Shown here piece by piece: positions 10,367 through 21,621 of a stretch of DNA of 64,000 bases. Under the pieces are notes generated by a model. It did not search any database and was not told where the DNA came from. It saw nothing but the letters and a program-made list of their open reading frames with translations. This stretch comes from Acetoanaerobium sp. (GTDB lineage Bacteria; Bacillota; Clostridia; Peptostreptococcales; Filifactoraceae): assembly GCA_041831635.1 (NCBI GenBank), contig JBHASY010000132.1:3853-67852 (forward strand), read 5' to 3'. The stretch's first letter is position 1, and the number at the start of each line of letters is the position of its first letter. The position numbers were made by a program, and so were the translations under genes.

Positions 10367-13300
10367 TTATATCATCATTTCCAGGAATGAGGATATGTTT
10401 GTAATTAACTTGTAATTTTCCTTTTCTTTAAAATCTTTTTTTATGCTATACTCGGGATTAGAGTGGATAAAAGAAACGACTGTGTTATACTGTTTTATTT
10501 TTAATATTCCGAGCTTTTCTCCCATAGCTTTTATATAGGCTATATACATAAGGTTTCTGACAGGCTCCGGTATATTTGAAAACCTGTCTTCGACTTCTTC
10601 TTCTATCTCATAAAGGTCGTCTTTGTTTTCGATAGAGGCTATTTTTTTGTATATTTCTATCTTTGTCACTTCGTCATCTATATAGTTTTCAGGTATGTAG
10701 GCACTGATGTTTAAATCTATTTCAGTATCTACCTTTTGCTCTACTTTCTGCCCTTGAAGATTTTTTATTGCCATATCCAGCATTTTTACATACAGGTCAT
10801 AACCTACCTCAGTCATATGTCCATGCTGTCTTTCTCCCAAAATATTTCCTGCCCCGCGTATTTCTAAATCCCTCATCGCAATTTTAAATCCGCTTCCGAA
10901 CTCGGTAAATTCTCTTATTGCCTTTAGTCTTTTTTCAGATGCCTCTGTTAGCACCTTATCTTTTTGATACATAAAATATGCATAGGCCTGTCTGGAAGAA
11001 CGCCCTACTCTTCCACGCAGTTGATAAAGCTGAGATAATCCCATTTTATCAGCGTCGTATACTATCATAGTATTCGCATTTGATATGTCCATACCTGTTT
11101 CTATTATGGTGGTGGAAAGCAAGATATCGTACTCTTTTTCCAAAAAATCCACCATTATGTTTTCCAGTTGTCTTGCACTCATCTGTCCATGTGCTACAGC
11201 CAGACTTGCATTTGGAACGAGTCTTCTTATAACTTCAGCCATTTTATCTATAGTCCTGACTCTATTGTATACAAAAAACACCTGCCCTCCTCTTGCAAGT
11301 TCTCTCTCTAAGGCATCTAAAATTATGCCCTCTCTCGCCTCAGTCACATAGGTCATTATAGGATGCCTGTCCTCAGGTGGGTCTTCGAGCAAACTCATAT
11401 CCCTTATCCCTGACAATGAGAAATGCAGAGTTCTTGGAATAGGGGTAGCTGAAAGAGCAAGAACGTCTACGTCTTTTTTGAGTTTTTTCAGAAGTTCTTT
11501 GTGCTTCACTCCAAATCTTTGTTCTTCGTCCACCACAAGAAGCCCTAAATCCTTAAACTGAATATCCTTTGAAAGTATCCTGTGAGTTCCGATGAGTACA
11601 TCTACTAATCCTCTTCTTGCATCGTCTATTATTTGTTCCTGAGCCTTTTTAGTCTTAAATCTGCTCACCACTTCGACTCTTATAGGATATCCCTCGAACC
11701 TTTCCTTCAAGGTGTTATAATGTTGCTGGGCAAGTATAGTTGTCGGCACCAAAAAAGCGGTTTGTTTAGAATCCATACAAGCTTTAAATATAGCCCTGAT
11801 AGCCACCTCAGTCTTTCCATAACCTACATCCCCGCATATAAGCCTGTCCATAGGCTTTATGTCCTGCATATCTTTTTTTACATCATCTATAGCATTTACC
11901 TGATCGGCGGTTTCTTCGTAAGGGAAGAACGACTCAAATTCTCTTTGCCAAGGGGTGTCGTCAGAGAAGGCATATCCTCTTGCATCTCTTCTTTGTGCAT
12001 ACAGATCTATCAGGTCTTGAGCTATTTCATCTACTGCTTTTTTGGCTTTTGCCTTCGTCTTTTTCCACTCGGAAGTTCCAAGTTTACTTAGTCTTACTAC
12101 CTCCGCTTCTCCTGTGCCGATGTATTTTTGAACCTTGTCCATCTGAGAGAGTGGCACATAAAGTGCATCTCCGGCGTTATACACCACTTTTATATAGTCT
12201 TTTCTTATATCGTCGAATTTTCTCGACTCTATCCCTACAAACTTACCTATACCGTAAGTTTCATGAACTACATATTCTCCTGATTTTAGATCTATAAAGC
12301 TCTCAATTTTTTTCCCTTTGTGCCTGATTTTTTGCTTTGAACTTTTTTTTGTAACTCCGAACATTTCTTTATCGGATATTACAGCCAGCTTACTTTTAGA
12401 ATAAATAAACCCTTCGCTTAATCTGCCTTTTACTAAAATCACTTTTCCATCGGGAAGATTATTCTCTCTATACCTTAGATACATAGGCTCCAAGTCTGCA
12501 ACGGAAAGTTCTTTGTAAAGGCTCATTATAGTATCTTCATCTCGTTCGACTAAAACTATGGTGTAACCTTGATTTTTTAGATATTTTATTTCTTCGAGCA
12601 GAGCAGGAATTTTCCCTTGAAAAGATATAGGTTCTTTAGATTCAAAATTCACTATCGCTGCTGTATTAAACCCTCTCACTGCCTTTGGAATAATGGATTG
12701 TAATACTGTAAAATGCTCTCCTATATATTCAGTCACATAGTCTAAGTTGTATATCAGTTCTCCTTGTTTTTTTAAGGCAAATCCTTTTTCAAGAGCATTT
12801 TTATAATCTTGTGAAAATTCTTCGAAATAGTTTTCCCCTTTTTCTAAAATTCTGTTTGGCTCATGAATTACAAAAATCGCCTCTTTGTCAATATACGAAA
12901 ACAAGTCTTTTCTTTCGTCCGGATAAATATAGTCTATATATTTGTGTATACCTTCAAAGTAGTTACCCTGAGAAATTCTCTCTATATCAAATACTATATC
13001 ATCACTACTCAAGTTTCCTAAATCATCAGAAAGCCTTTTCGCCGATTTCTCAAACCCTTCTTTGAAAAAAAACTCTCTAGCAGGACTTATCGTAATTTTC
13101 TTGATTTTTTCTATAGATTTTTGACTGATGGGGTCAAAAGTTCGTATCGAGTCAATCTCATCGTCAAAAAATTCCAGCCTATATGGCAGTTCATCAGTAG
13201 GCAGATATATGTCTAAGATTCCGCCACGAAGAGAAAACTGTCCGCCTCCTTCTACCCTTGCCTGTCTCTCGTAGCCGTAATGCACCAGCAAGTTTGCCAG

Positions 13301-13759
13301 TTCTGCTAAATTTTTTATATTACCTACCTCTAAATCCAGCTTGCTTTGTATATAAAGCCTTTTAGGCAAATACTTTCTCATCAAAGTTTCAATTGATAAA
13401 ATCAGGATATCATAATCTTCATCCGCCAGTCGTATAAGAGCCTCTATTCGTTTACTTTCCTCTTTCCTGTCCTTAGCTTCTATAGCATAAAATCGAGTCT
13501 CCTCATTTTTTATAAATAAGACCCTGTCAGGCTTATAAAACTCCAAATCCGTATACATTCTCTCAGCTTCTATCTCATTAGAGGTTACAAGCACCAGCTT
13601 TCTCTCTGAACCGGCACTTATATAATGAGCTATATGTGATCTTTGAGAACTTAAAAGTCCATTTATAAGGAGAGGAGATTTGTTTTGATTTATGCTGTCA
13701 AGAACAGAAGAAAATTCGATTTTGTTTTGTAAATTCAAAAGAAAAATGTCTTCTTTCAT
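10367..13759 (-). CDS. mfd: Transcription-repair coupling factor
   Basis: GDVGYGKTEVA, DEEQRFGV, SATPIPRT, QLRGRVGRS. Confidence 0.98.
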   Translation of the reverse strand: MKEDIFLLNLQNKIEFSSVLDSINQNKSPLLINGLLSSQRSHIAHYISAGSERKLVLVTSNEIEAERMYTDLEFYKPDRVLFIKNEETRFYAIEAKDRKEESKRIEALIRLADEDYDILILSIETLMRKYLPKRLYIQSKLDLEVGNIKNLAELANLLVHYGYERQARVEGGGQFSLRGGILDIYLPTDELPYRLEFFDDEIDSIRTFDPISQKSIEKIKKITISPAREFFFKEGFEKSAKRLSDDLGNLSSDDIVFDIERISQGNYFEGIHKYIDYIYPDERKDLFSYIDKEAIFVIHEPNRILEKGENYFEEFSQDYKNALEKGFALKKQGELIYNLDYVTEYIGEHFTVLQSIIPKAVRGFNTAAIVNFESKEPISFQGKIPALLEEIKYLKNQGYTIVLVERDEDTIMSLYKELSVADLEPMYLRYRENNLPDGKVILVKGRLSEGFIYSKSKLAVISDKEMFGVTKKSSKQKIRHKGKKIESFIDLKSGEYVVHETYGIGKFVGIESRKFDDIRKDYIKVVYNAGDALYVPLSQMDKVQKYIGTGEAEVVRLSKLGTSEWKKTKAKAKKAVDEIAQDLIDLYAQRRDARGYAFSDDTPWQREFESFFPYEETADQVNAIDDVKKDMQDIKPMDRLICGDVGYGKTEVAIRAIFKACMDSKQTAFLVPTTILAQQHYNTLKERFEGYPIRVEVVSRFKTKKAQEQIIDDARRGLVDVLIGTHRILSKDIQFKDLGLLVVDEEQRFGVKHKELLKKLKKDVDVLALSATPIPRTLHFSLSGIRDMSLLEDPPEDRHPIMTYVTEAREGIILDALERELARGGQVFFVYNRVRTIDKMAEVIRRLVPNASLAVAHGQMSARQLENIMVDFLEKEYDILLSTTIIETGMDISNANTMIVYDADKMGLSQLYQLRGRVGRSSRQAYAYFMYQKDKVLTEASEKRLKAIREFTEFGSGFKIAMRDLEIRGAGNILGERQHGHMTEVGYDLYVKMLDMAIKNLQGQKVEQKVDTEIDLNISAYIPENYIDDEVTKIEIYKKIASIENKDDLYEIEEEVEDRFSNIPEPVRNLMYIAYIKAMGEKLGILKIKQYNTVVSFIHSNPEYSIKKDFKEKENYKLITNISSFLEMMI

Positions 13760-13791
13760 ATTTTAAAACTCCCTAAAAAACATATATTTCC

Positions 13792-14352
13792 TTAAACATT
13801 ATATTTGTTCATCGCCTTGTCCATACCCTCTTTTATTGCCATAACTATCGCGTCAACTGTATTGTCTATAGTTTCACAAAGAGGTTTGATTTCTTCTTTA
13901 TTAAATCCCGATGTGACAAAATTTGCCAAATCCTGACCGTTTTTCGGTTTTGAAATCCCTATTCTAAATCTGGGAAAATCATCAAAACCCGTAAGATAAA
14001 TAATGTTTCTCATACCGTTATGAGTTCCTGCACTTCCTTGCTTTCTTATCCTCAGTCTTCCTACATCTAAATCAATATCGTCGTAAATCACGAAAATATT
14101 ATTATGCTCAGGTTTATAAAAATTTATTGCCTGCATTACAGCCTCGCCGCTTAAATTCATATAAGTCTGAGGTTTGATAAGAACCACTTTTTCAGAACCT
14201 ATTTTCCCTTCTCCTATAATAGACTTGAATTTTAGTTTGTTTACCTTTATTCCGAGTTTCCCCGCCAAAACATCTATAGTGACAAAGCCTACGTTATGTC
14301 TTGTCCTTTCGTATTTAGAACCGGGATTTCCCAGTCCGATAATTAAATACAT
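13792..14352 (-). CDS. pth: Peptidyl-tRNA hydrolase
   Basis: GLGNPG..TRHNVGF, KPQTYMNLSG, GSAGTHNG. Confidence 0.98.
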   Translation of the reverse strand: MYLIIGLGNPGSKYERTRHNVGFVTIDVLAGKLGIKVNKLKFKSIIGEGKIGSEKVVLIKPQTYMNLSGEAVMQAINFYKPEHNNIFVIYDDIDLDVGRLRIRKQGSAGTHNGMRNIIYLTGFDDFPRFRIGISKPKNGQDLANFVTSGFNKEEIKPLCETIDNTVDAIVMAIKEGMDKAMNKYNV

Positions 14353-14405
14353 AAATTTCTTCCTTTCTTGCTATATTAAACTTTTAATCATTCATCATAA
14401 CACGC

Positions 14406-14449
14406 AAAAACTCCTGAGACTATAGCCATTTATGCATAATCCAGGAGTT
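14406..14449 (-). terminator. Probable terminator after prs
   Basis: AACTCCTG..CAGGAGTT inverted repeat followed by T tract on minus strand. Confidence 0.55.
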
Positions 14450-14507
14450 CTAATTTTTTCAAAACCCGGTTGCAAACAGACTTTCAAAATGCCTGTTTTC
14501 TTCTCAA

Positions 14508-15464
14508 CTATTTTTCAATAGTAAATAATTTACTTACAGATTCATTTGAGAATATCTTTCTTATAGCTGAGGCAAATATCGGTGCCACACTTTCTACCTT
14601 TATTTTTTCGATTTGCTTTTCAGGCGGAAGCGGTATAGTATCCAGTACCACTACTTCTTTAAGCGATGATTTTTCGATACGTTCTATTGCAGGTCCTGAA
14701 AGCACAGGGTGGGTACAGCAGGAATAAACGTCTTTTGCTCCAAATTTTTTCAGAGCCTCAGCCCCATTTACCAAAGTTCCCGCCGTATCTATCATATCGT
14801 CGATAATTATTGCATTTTTCCCTTGTATATCTCCTATTAAATTCATAACTTCCGATACGTTAGCTTTAGGTCTACGTTTGTCTATGATAGCAAGCGGAGC
14901 GTCCAATTGCTCTGCAAAGGTTCTCGCTCTTCCTACACTTCCTAAATCGGGCGATACTACCACTAAATTCGGAATATTTTTCTTTTTAAAATGCTCTGCT
15001 AAAATCGGTCCTCCGTGCAAATGGTCAAGGGGAATATCAAAATACCCTTGAATTTGGGCAGCGTGTAAATCCATAGTAAGAACTCTGTCAGCCCCTGCAG
15101 CTGTGATTAGATTTGCTACCAATTTCGCCGTAATAGGGTCTCTGGCCTTAGCCTTTCTATCTTGTCTTGCATATCCATAGTATGGAACTACAGCCGTTAT
15201 TCTTCCTGTAGATGCCCTTTTGAAAGCATCTATCATAATAAGAAGTTCCATTATATTTCCATTTACAGGAGAACAAGTAGGTTGAATGATAAAAGCGTCT
15301 ACACCTCTTACCGTTTCATTGATATTTACAGATATCTCTCCATCGCTGAAACGTCCTACCTCTGCGTCACCTAACGGAACTCCCAGCTCCTTTGCAATAC
15401 TTGCCGCCAGCTTATTATGAGCATTTCCCGAAAAAATTTTAATCTCGCTACCACTCGTGTTCAT
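14508..15464 (-). CDS. prs: Ribose-phosphate pyrophosphokinase
   Basis: [34 protein letters not shown]. Confidence 0.98.
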   Translation of the reverse strand: MNTSGSEIKIFSGNAHNKLAASIAKELGVPLGDAEVGRFSDGEISVNINETVRGVDAFIIQPTCSPVNGNIMELLIMIDAFKRASTGRITAVVPYYGYARQDRKAKARDPITAKLVANLITAAGADRVLTMDLHAAQIQGYFDIPLDHLHGGPILAEHFKKKNIPNLVVVSPDLGSVGRARTFAEQLDAPLAIIDKRRPKANVSEVMNLIGDIQGKNAIIIDDMIDTAGTLVNGAEALKKFGAKDVYSCCTHPVLSGPAIERIEKSSLKEVVVLDTIPLPPEKQIEKIKVESVAPIFASAIRKIFSNESVSKLFTIEK

Positions 15465-15490
15465 TACGAAATGACCTCCTAAAATATTTT

Positions 15491-16846
15491 CTATAATCCT
15501 TTTTTCTCTCTCCAGCCCTCTTTTATTGCCTTTTTAGGTCTTGCTACAAACAGCGATCCTTTAGGAACATTTACCGTAACTGTAGATCCCGCAGCTACGT
15601 AACCGCCTTCTTCTACAGTAACGGGAGCCACCAGATTTGAATTCGATCCTATAAATGCATTGTCTTTTACTATGCTTTGGGATTTCTTTTTTCCGTCGTA
15701 ATTTACAAATACTACTCCACAGCCTATATTTACATTTTTTCCAACTATTGCATCTCCTATATAAGAAAGATGAGATGCCTTTGAACCGCTTCCTATCTCG
15801 GCATTTTTCACTTCTACAAAGTCACCTATCTTTACACCCTCTCCTAAAACCGACTTAGGTCTAAGATAAGCGTAAGGTCCTATTGTAGTTTTCGATCCTA
15901 CTTTGCTGCTTAGTATCGTAGAACTTTTTATGGTTACACCGTCATCTATAGTAGAATCTTCTATAGTGGTATTTTCTCTTATGATACAGTCTTCTCCTAT
16001 AACGGTATCTCCTTTTATATGGCAGTTCGGATAAATAACGGTATCTCTTCCGATTTTTACATCTTTACCGATATAGGTCGAGTTTACATCTATCAAAGTT
16101 ACTCCATTTTCCATATGAAATCTGTTTATTTCCATTCTCATAATTTTTTCAGCTTCACTAAGCTGAATTCTGCTGTTTACACCCATAATCTCGGTTTTAT
16201 CGGTCTGATATATTCCTATCCTATGTCCTGAATTTTTGATATGCTCCAGCACATCTGTGAGATAATATTCTCTCTGAGCATTGTCGGCACTTAATTTAGA
16301 CAGATTTTCCTTTAAAAGTCTTCCATCTATTATGTACATTCCTGCATTGATTTCTTTTATTTTCTTTTCTTCTTCACCGGCATCTTTTTGTTCTCGGATA
16401 TATTTAAAATTGTTTGATTCATCTCTTACTATTCTTCCGTATCCTGTAGGGTCATCTTCTATAGCACTCATAACGACAGCCTCATATCCCTCTGATTTAG
16501 TTTTCATCATAGCCTTTAAAGTTTCACCCTTTATAAGAGGAGTATCTCCACAAAGTATCAAAACTTCATCTTCGTCGCCGATATAGCTCTCTGCCATCAT
16601 AACTGCATGGCCTGTTCCAAGCTGTTCTTCCTGAAGTGCAATTTCAGCCGTATCGCCTAAATGTTCCCTTAACATGTCAGCCATATGTCCTATAACGACC
16701 ACAGGTTTTCTGCCCGTTACTTCTTTCGCCGCTTCAATAACATGGGTCAGCATAGGTTTATCTAAAATCTTATGTAACACCTTTGGAATCTTGGATTTCA
16801 TTCTTGTTCCCTGTCCGGCTGCAAGAATTACAACCTTCAAATTCAT
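15491..16846 (-). CDS. glmU: Bifunctional UDP-GlcNAc pyrophosphorylase/glucosamine-1-P acetyltransferase
   Basis: [18 protein letters not shown], hexapeptide repeats, [12 protein letters not shown]. Confidence 0.98.
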   Translation of the reverse strand: MNLKVVILAAGQGTRMKSKIPKVLHKILDKPMLTHVIEAAKEVTGRKPVVVIGHMADMLREHLGDTAEIALQEEQLGTGHAVMMAESYIGDEDEVLILCGDTPLIKGETLKAMMKTKSEGYEAVVMSAIEDDPTGYGRIVRDESNNFKYIREQKDAGEEEKKIKEINAGMYIIDGRLLKENLSKLSADNAQREYYLTDVLEHIKNSGHRIGIYQTDKTEIMGVNSRIQLSEAEKIMRMEINRFHMENGVTLIDVNSTYIGKDVKIGRDTVIYPNCHIKGDTVIGEDCIIRENTTIEDSTIDDGVTIKSSTILSSKVGSKTTIGPYAYLRPKSVLGEGVKIGDFVEVKNAEIGSGSKASHLSYIGDAIVGKNVNIGCGVVFVNYDGKKKSQSIVKDNAFIGSNSNLVAPVTVEEGGYVAAGSTVTVNVPKGSLFVARPKKAIKEGWREKKGL

Positions 16847-16970
16847 AACATAGCCTCACTTTATAATTTTATAATAAAACATTTGATTTACCATAGACTA
16901 TCATAGCATTTTTTTTGAAAAATGTATAGAAAAGATAAAAGACTGAGAGTTTTTATCTTGTTTTAAATAA

Positions 16971-17014
16971 AAAAGCGGATGGCAACTACAGTAACGTAGC
17001 TGTCATCCGCTTTT
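16971..17014 (-). terminator. Terminator after spoVG
   Basis: AAAAGCGGATGGCAACTAC..GTAGCTGTCATCCGCTTTT long stem. Confidence 0.8.
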
Positions 17015-17114
17015 AATTGCAATGTGAAATAAATTTTTACAACCTCTAACAAATAACATCTTAATTAAAACCGGTATTAGAGCAATAAAAAATTATTTAA
17101 CCGATAGTCTTAAT

Positions 17115-17414
17115 TTAGACAAATTGCTCTACACTCTCTTCGTCTTCCACTTCCATTCTATCCTTTGCCTCATCATATGCCTTTAAGATTTCATCTTGAA
17201 GAGACTGTCTCATTTCAGAATTTATAGGATGTGAAATATCTCTAAATTCGCCCTCTCCTACCTTTCTGCTGGGCATAGCAATAAATAGTCCGCTTTGTCC
17301 TTCTATAATCTTAATATCATGAACTACAAAAGCATTATCAAAAGTTACCGATACAATCCCTCTCATCTTTCCTTCTTCTGACAGTTTCCTAACTCTTACA
17401 TCTGTAATTTTCAT
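17115..17414 (-). CDS. spoVG: Septation/nucleic-acid-binding protein SpoVG
   Basis: [36 protein letters not shown]; ATG at 17414 chosen from the AAGGAG RBS. Confidence 0.96.
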   Translation of the reverse strand: MKITDVRVRKLSEEGKMRGIVSVTFDNAFVVHDIKIIEGQSGLFIAMPSRKVGEGEFRDISHPINSEMRQSLQDEILKAYDEAKDRMEVEDEESVEQFV

Positions 17415-17485
17415 CTGCTCCACACTCCTTTTGCTTGATTTTATTTGTCGCAATTTACTTTAGACTACCTTATCTACTTTAAAAA

Positions 17486-17512
17486 ATTCTACAAAAAAAT
17501 AGAAAATCCTTC
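17486..17512 (-). promoter_or_regulatory. SigH-type promoter of spoVG
   Basis: GAAGGATTT-N11-GTAGAAT matches SigH consensus RNAGGAWWW-N11/12-RNNGAAT; spoVG is a classic SigH target. Confidence 0.75.
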
Positions 17513-17531
17513 CAAAAAAAATATTTTTTCC

Positions 17532-18347
17532 CTAAATTTTGTTAATTATTTTTATGTTAGGCCAAACCTTGCTCTTTGTACTTTGCTCGTCCAGTTCTAA
17601 AAGCGAAAAATAATTATCTATCATCTTCTCTTCAGGTTTAGTAGTTGATATAAGAACCCCTGTAGCGGCTACCTCCACCTTAAACTCTTTCATAAGGTCG
17701 TGCATTCCTTTTAAAGTTCCTCCACCTCTCATAAAATCATCTATGAGAATGACTCTGGACCCTTCCCTTATATTTCTGCGTGGCAGGCTCATAGTCTGAA
17801 CATTTCCACTGGTTCCGGACACATAGGTAATACCTAGAGATGAACCCTCAGAAATTTTAGAGTTCTTCCTTATTATAAGAAGCGGTATATTCATAGCCTT
17901 AGCAGTCATGAGAGCCATAGGTATGCCCTTAGTTTCTATGGTCACTAAATAATCTACATCTCTATAGTCAATTATCGAAGCAAAAATATTTCCAATCGTA
18001 GCTGCTATATCAGGATCGTAGATTATATCTATCAAATATAAAAATCCACCCGGAAGAACCCGATCTTCACTTTGAATTTTTTCGCTTATATCCTGAAGGA
18101 AGCTACAAATCTCATCTTTTGAAACCTCCGGAATATATTTTACTCCCCCTGATGCACCCGCAATAGTTATCACTTTTCCTAATTTCATTCTTTCAAATAC
18201 ATTTTTTACAAACATAACATCTTCACTAAGTGTAGATTTTGCAGTGCTGAATCTTTCAGTAAAATAGCTAAGTGTAAAAGTTTTATTCGGGTGTTCTGTA
18301 AGTATTTTTACTATAGCACCTATGCGTTCACTTCTTTTTAATTTCAT
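17532..18347 (-). CDS. purR: Pur operon repressor (PRT-type)
   Basis: MKLKRSERI..AKSTLSED..GASGGVKY, TIETKGIP, IDDFMRGGGT. Confidence 0.95.
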   Translation of the reverse strand: MKLKRSERIGAIVKILTEHPNKTFTLSYFTERFSTAKSTLSEDVMFVKNVFERMKLGKVITIAGASGGVKYIPEVSKDEICSFLQDISEKIQSEDRVLPGGFLYLIDIIYDPDIAATIGNIFASIIDYRDVDYLVTIETKGIPMALMTAKAMNIPLLIIRKNSKISEGSSLGITYVSGTSGNVQTMSLPRRNIREGSRVILIDDFMRGGGTLKGMHDLMKEFKVEVAATGVLISTTKPEEKMIDNYFSLLELDEQSTKSKVWPNIKIINKI

Positions 18348-18583
18348 ATATGTGCTCCTCTTTTTACTAATTAAATACGCAATTTTTTTATATATGTTTT
18401 GTATATTCCGTACATTTTATCATAAATATATCATAGATGTTTGTTTTTTAAAAGGTCGATTTTTTAATTTTTTTTTAGAAAAATATGTGATTTTGTGGTA
18501 TACTCGTTAATAGCTTTACGATTGATTTGCATTGAACTTAAAACTATGCTTATGTCTCAATAATTTTAAGGAGTTGCCAATAT

Positions 18584-19936
18584 ATGAAGATACATTTTAT
18601 AGGAATCGGCGGTATCAGTATGAGCGGTCTTGCTCATGTCTGCATCAATTTAGGACACGAGGTGTCCGGTTCTGACAGGTCTATGAGTCCGATTTTGCAA
18701 AAGCTTATAGATAAAGACGCTACTATTTATATAGGACACGACGAAGATCAACTAAAAGAAGATATAGACTTAGTAGTGTATACTGCCGCTGTAAAAGAAG
18801 ATAATCCTGAGCTTGCAAAAGCTAGACGTCTAAATATGAACATCATAGACAGGGCTACATTTTTAGGAAATGTTATGAAAAAATACGAAAATTCCATCGC
18901 TATATCGGGAACACACGGAAAAACCACTACTACCTCTATGGCGACAGTGATCTTTAACATAAGTAACGAAGACCCTACTGTTTTAGTAGGCGGAAACCTG
19001 AGTGCAATAGATGGAAATGTCAGGATAGGAAACTCTGAAGTTTTCATAACTGAGGCATGTGAATATGTAGACAGTTTCTTAAAATTTTATCCCAAGATAG
19101 CAATAGTTTTAAACATAGAAGAAGACCATTTGGATTATTTTTCAGGGCTGGAGCAAATCCGGACTTCATTTGCAAAATTTGCCTCTCAAGTGAAGCCGGA
19201 CGGTGTCATAATTGCAAACGCAGATGATGAAAACATATTAAAAGCCTTAGAAGATGTAGATAAAACCAAAATATATTTTGGAAGAAATGAGAATTGTCAG
19301 GCGATAATTCACGACGAAGTTTACGATTCTTCCGGATACCCTACCTTTTCACTTTCAATGGACAAAAACCTGATAGGCAGGTTTACTTTAAAAGTTCCCG
19401 GAAGACATAATGTCATAAATGCTGTTGCCGCTATACTTTCAGCTTATGTAAGCAAGATTTCTCCTCAACTTATAAAAGAAGGAATAGAATCCTATACCGG
19501 TGTAGGTAGAAGATTTGAGTATAAAGGAGAGACAAACGGTATCAAAATTTATGACGATTATGCCCACCACCCTACAGAAATCGCCGCTACCTTAAGTGCA
19601 GCCAAGATGATTAAGCACAATATTCTTTACACCGTTTTTCAGCCTCATACCTACACCAGAACTAAAGAACTTCTAAGCAAGTTCGCTGTCTGTTTTAAAG
19701 ACGCTGAAGTGGTTATAATATCCGATATTTATGCAGCCAGAGAAAAAGACCCCAAAAATATACATTCCAAAGATTTAGTCGAAGCTATAAAAAAATCAGG
19801 CAAAGATGCTATGTATATAGGCTCACTGGATGAAGTTAAAAGCTACCTTGAATCTGTCCTTAAACCTGATGATATAGTGTTTACTATAGGTGCAGGAGAT
19901 GTGAATACTGTCGGAGAATACTTGCTAAACAAATAA
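18584..19936 (+). CDS. murC: UDP-N-acetylmuramate-L-alanine ligase
   Basis: HFIGIGGISMSGLA, GTHGKTTTT, EACEY, DDYAHHPTE, FQPHTYTRT. Confidence 0.97.
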   Translation: MKIHFIGIGGISMSGLAHVCINLGHEVSGSDRSMSPILQKLIDKDATIYIGHDEDQLKEDIDLVVYTAAVKEDNPELAKARRLNMNIIDRATFLGNVMKKYENSIAISGTHGKTTTTSMATVIFNISNEDPTVLVGGNLSAIDGNVRIGNSEVFITEACEYVDSFLKFYPKIAIVLNIEEDHLDYFSGLEQIRTSFAKFASQVKPDGVIIANADDENILKALEDVDKTKIYFGRNENCQAIIHDEVYDSSGYPTFSLSMDKNLIGRFTLKVPGRHNVINAVAAILSAYVSKISPQLIKEGIESYTGVGRRFEYKGETNGIKIYDDYAHHPTEIAATLSAAKMIKHNILYTVFQPHTYTRTKELLSKFAVCFKDAEVVIISDIYAAREKDPKNIHSKDLVEAIKKSGKDAMYIGSLDEVKSYLESVLKPDDIVFTIGAGDVNTVGEYLLNK

Positions 19937-19941
19937 AAAGC

Positions 19942-20817
19942 CTATTTAGGCTTTTTTATTATTGCCGCATATTCATTTGCCAGAGAAGCAAACTGTTTCA
20001 TATCCAAAGTTTCTCCTCTAAGCCCGGCATCTATATTTGCCATTTCTAATGCTGTTTTAGCTTCCTCTTTCCCTCCTAAACTTCCAAAAGTAGAAAGAGC
20101 GTTGAGAAGAGTTTTGCGTCTCTTTGAAAACGCAGCCTTTACAACCTCGAAAAACAAATCTTCATCTATCAGACCTACTCCCTTATCTTCTTTAACTTCC
20201 AGTTTGATAACGGCAGAGTCCACGTTCGGTTCAGGCACAAAGGCACCCTTTGGCACTTTTGTAACTATCTCGGTATCACAATAATACTGAACTGCTACCG
20301 AAAGAGAGCCGTAATCTTTAGTTTTAGGCACAGCATTTATTCTATCCGCTACTTCCTTTTGGATCATCACGACCATAGTTTTAAGCGGAATTTTTTCTTC
20401 TAAAAATCTCATTATTATAGGAGTAGTAATATAATATGGCAGGTTAGCAACTACCTTGACTTTTCTCTCCGGCGAATACTCGTTTACAAGACTGTGCAAA
20501 TCAATTTTTAATATATCCTGATTTACTATCTTAATATTTTTTCTGTCTGAAAGAGTTTCCCTTAATATAGGAATTAGGTTTTTGTCTATTTCTATGCTTA
20601 CTACCTGCTTTGCTCTATATGACAGTTCTCTTGTAAGAGTTCCTATACCGGGACCTATCTCTACTACAGTATCTTCACTTTCTATTTTAGCACTTTCTAC
20701 TATCTTACTAAGAACATTTTCATCTACCAGGAAATTCTGTCCCAGCGACTTTGTAAACCTGAATCCATATTTATTTACTATATCTTTTGTAACCTTATGC
20801 GAGGCTAAGCTATTCAT
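19942..20817 (-). CDS. rsmA: 16S rRNA m6,2A dimethyltransferase
   Basis: KSLGQNFL, EIGPGIG, ANLPYYITTP, PNVDSAV. Confidence 0.97.
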   Translation of the reverse strand: MNSLASHKVTKDIVNKYGFRFTKSLGQNFLVDENVLSKIVESAKIESEDTVVEIGPGIGTLTRELSYRAKQVVSIEIDKNLIPILRETLSDRKNIKIVNQDILKIDLHSLVNEYSPERKVKVVANLPYYITTPIIMRFLEEKIPLKTMVVMIQKEVADRINAVPKTKDYGSLSVAVQYYCDTEIVTKVPKGAFVPEPNVDSAVIKLEVKEDKGVGLIDEDLFFEVVKAAFSKRRKTLLNALSTFGSLGGKEEAKTALEMANIDAGLRGETLDMKQFASLANEYAAIIKKPK

Positions 20818-21358
20818 TTTCCCTCTCCAATTCCTTTAATCCTTCTTTAAATTCTTCTCTCGTAATTCCATAGTTGTTTAACCTGTTTAGAAACTGCTTA
20901 GCATTGCAATAACCTATACCCAGCTTCTTCCCCAGCACATCTCTTCTAAAACTTGAGTTCTCCATTCCTACTAAATCATTTTGTATCATATCTGATTGAG
21001 TAAACTCATTCCTTTTATCTACCTCTTCGTATCTGGCTTTTTTAAGAGCCTGTATGATACTCTCGGGAGAGGCATTTTCCACACCTATATCGTCATTTTT
21101 AAGTCCTGCCTGCCTGGATATAAAAGCATGCTTACAGTTATTACCCACCAGTTTTGTTATTTTATCTCTTATCCTCTCTCCTGCATAGTCAGGGTCGGTA
21201 AGAACTATTATTCCTCTTTCCTTATGAGCTTTTATTATTCTTTCTGCCACTCCCTTTGGAAAACCGTATCCATTCGTAGCTATGACCTCTGCATCTACGG
21301 CTTTTTTTACTGCCGAGATATCGTCTTTTCCCTCTACCACTATAACTTCTTTTACCAT
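20810..21358 (-). CDS. rnmV: Ribonuclease M5
   Basis: KEVIVVEGKDD, LTDPDYAGE, IGVENA, LGIGYCNAKQ; ATG at 21358 preferred over upstream TTG. Confidence 0.95.
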   Translation of the reverse strand: MVKEVIVVEGKDDISAVKKAVDAEVIATNGYGFPKGVAERIIKAHKERGIIVLTDPDYAGERIRDKITKLVGNNCKHAFISRQAGLKNDDIGVENASPESIIQALKKARYEEVDKRNEFTQSDMIQNDLVGMENSSFRRDVLGKKLGIGYCNAKQFLNRLNNYGITREEFKEGLKELERENE

Positions 21359-21621
21359 TATTCTACCCTCTGCAAATATATTTTCAACCTGTTTACTCCT
21401 CATCTTTACAAGACCATTGTGTTACAAATATTTGTTTTTGTCAATTTTAAAGCTTTTTATATCGAAATTTAGTTAGAATTTTTTTGATTATAAATAAAAA
21501 TTTTTAACTTTGTGAATATTATCTTGAGTTCGTGGTATAAAGTCTGATAAAATTCCTGTGTTACAGTAAAAATCAAAACTTATAATACCAAAGCACAAAA
21601 TAAATAGAAAGTGGTGGTTAA

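Noticed and set aside
18372-18416. PurBox-like sequences upstream of purR (ATTCCGTACATT)
   Set aside because: Mismatch in the core CGAAC and no clear partner box
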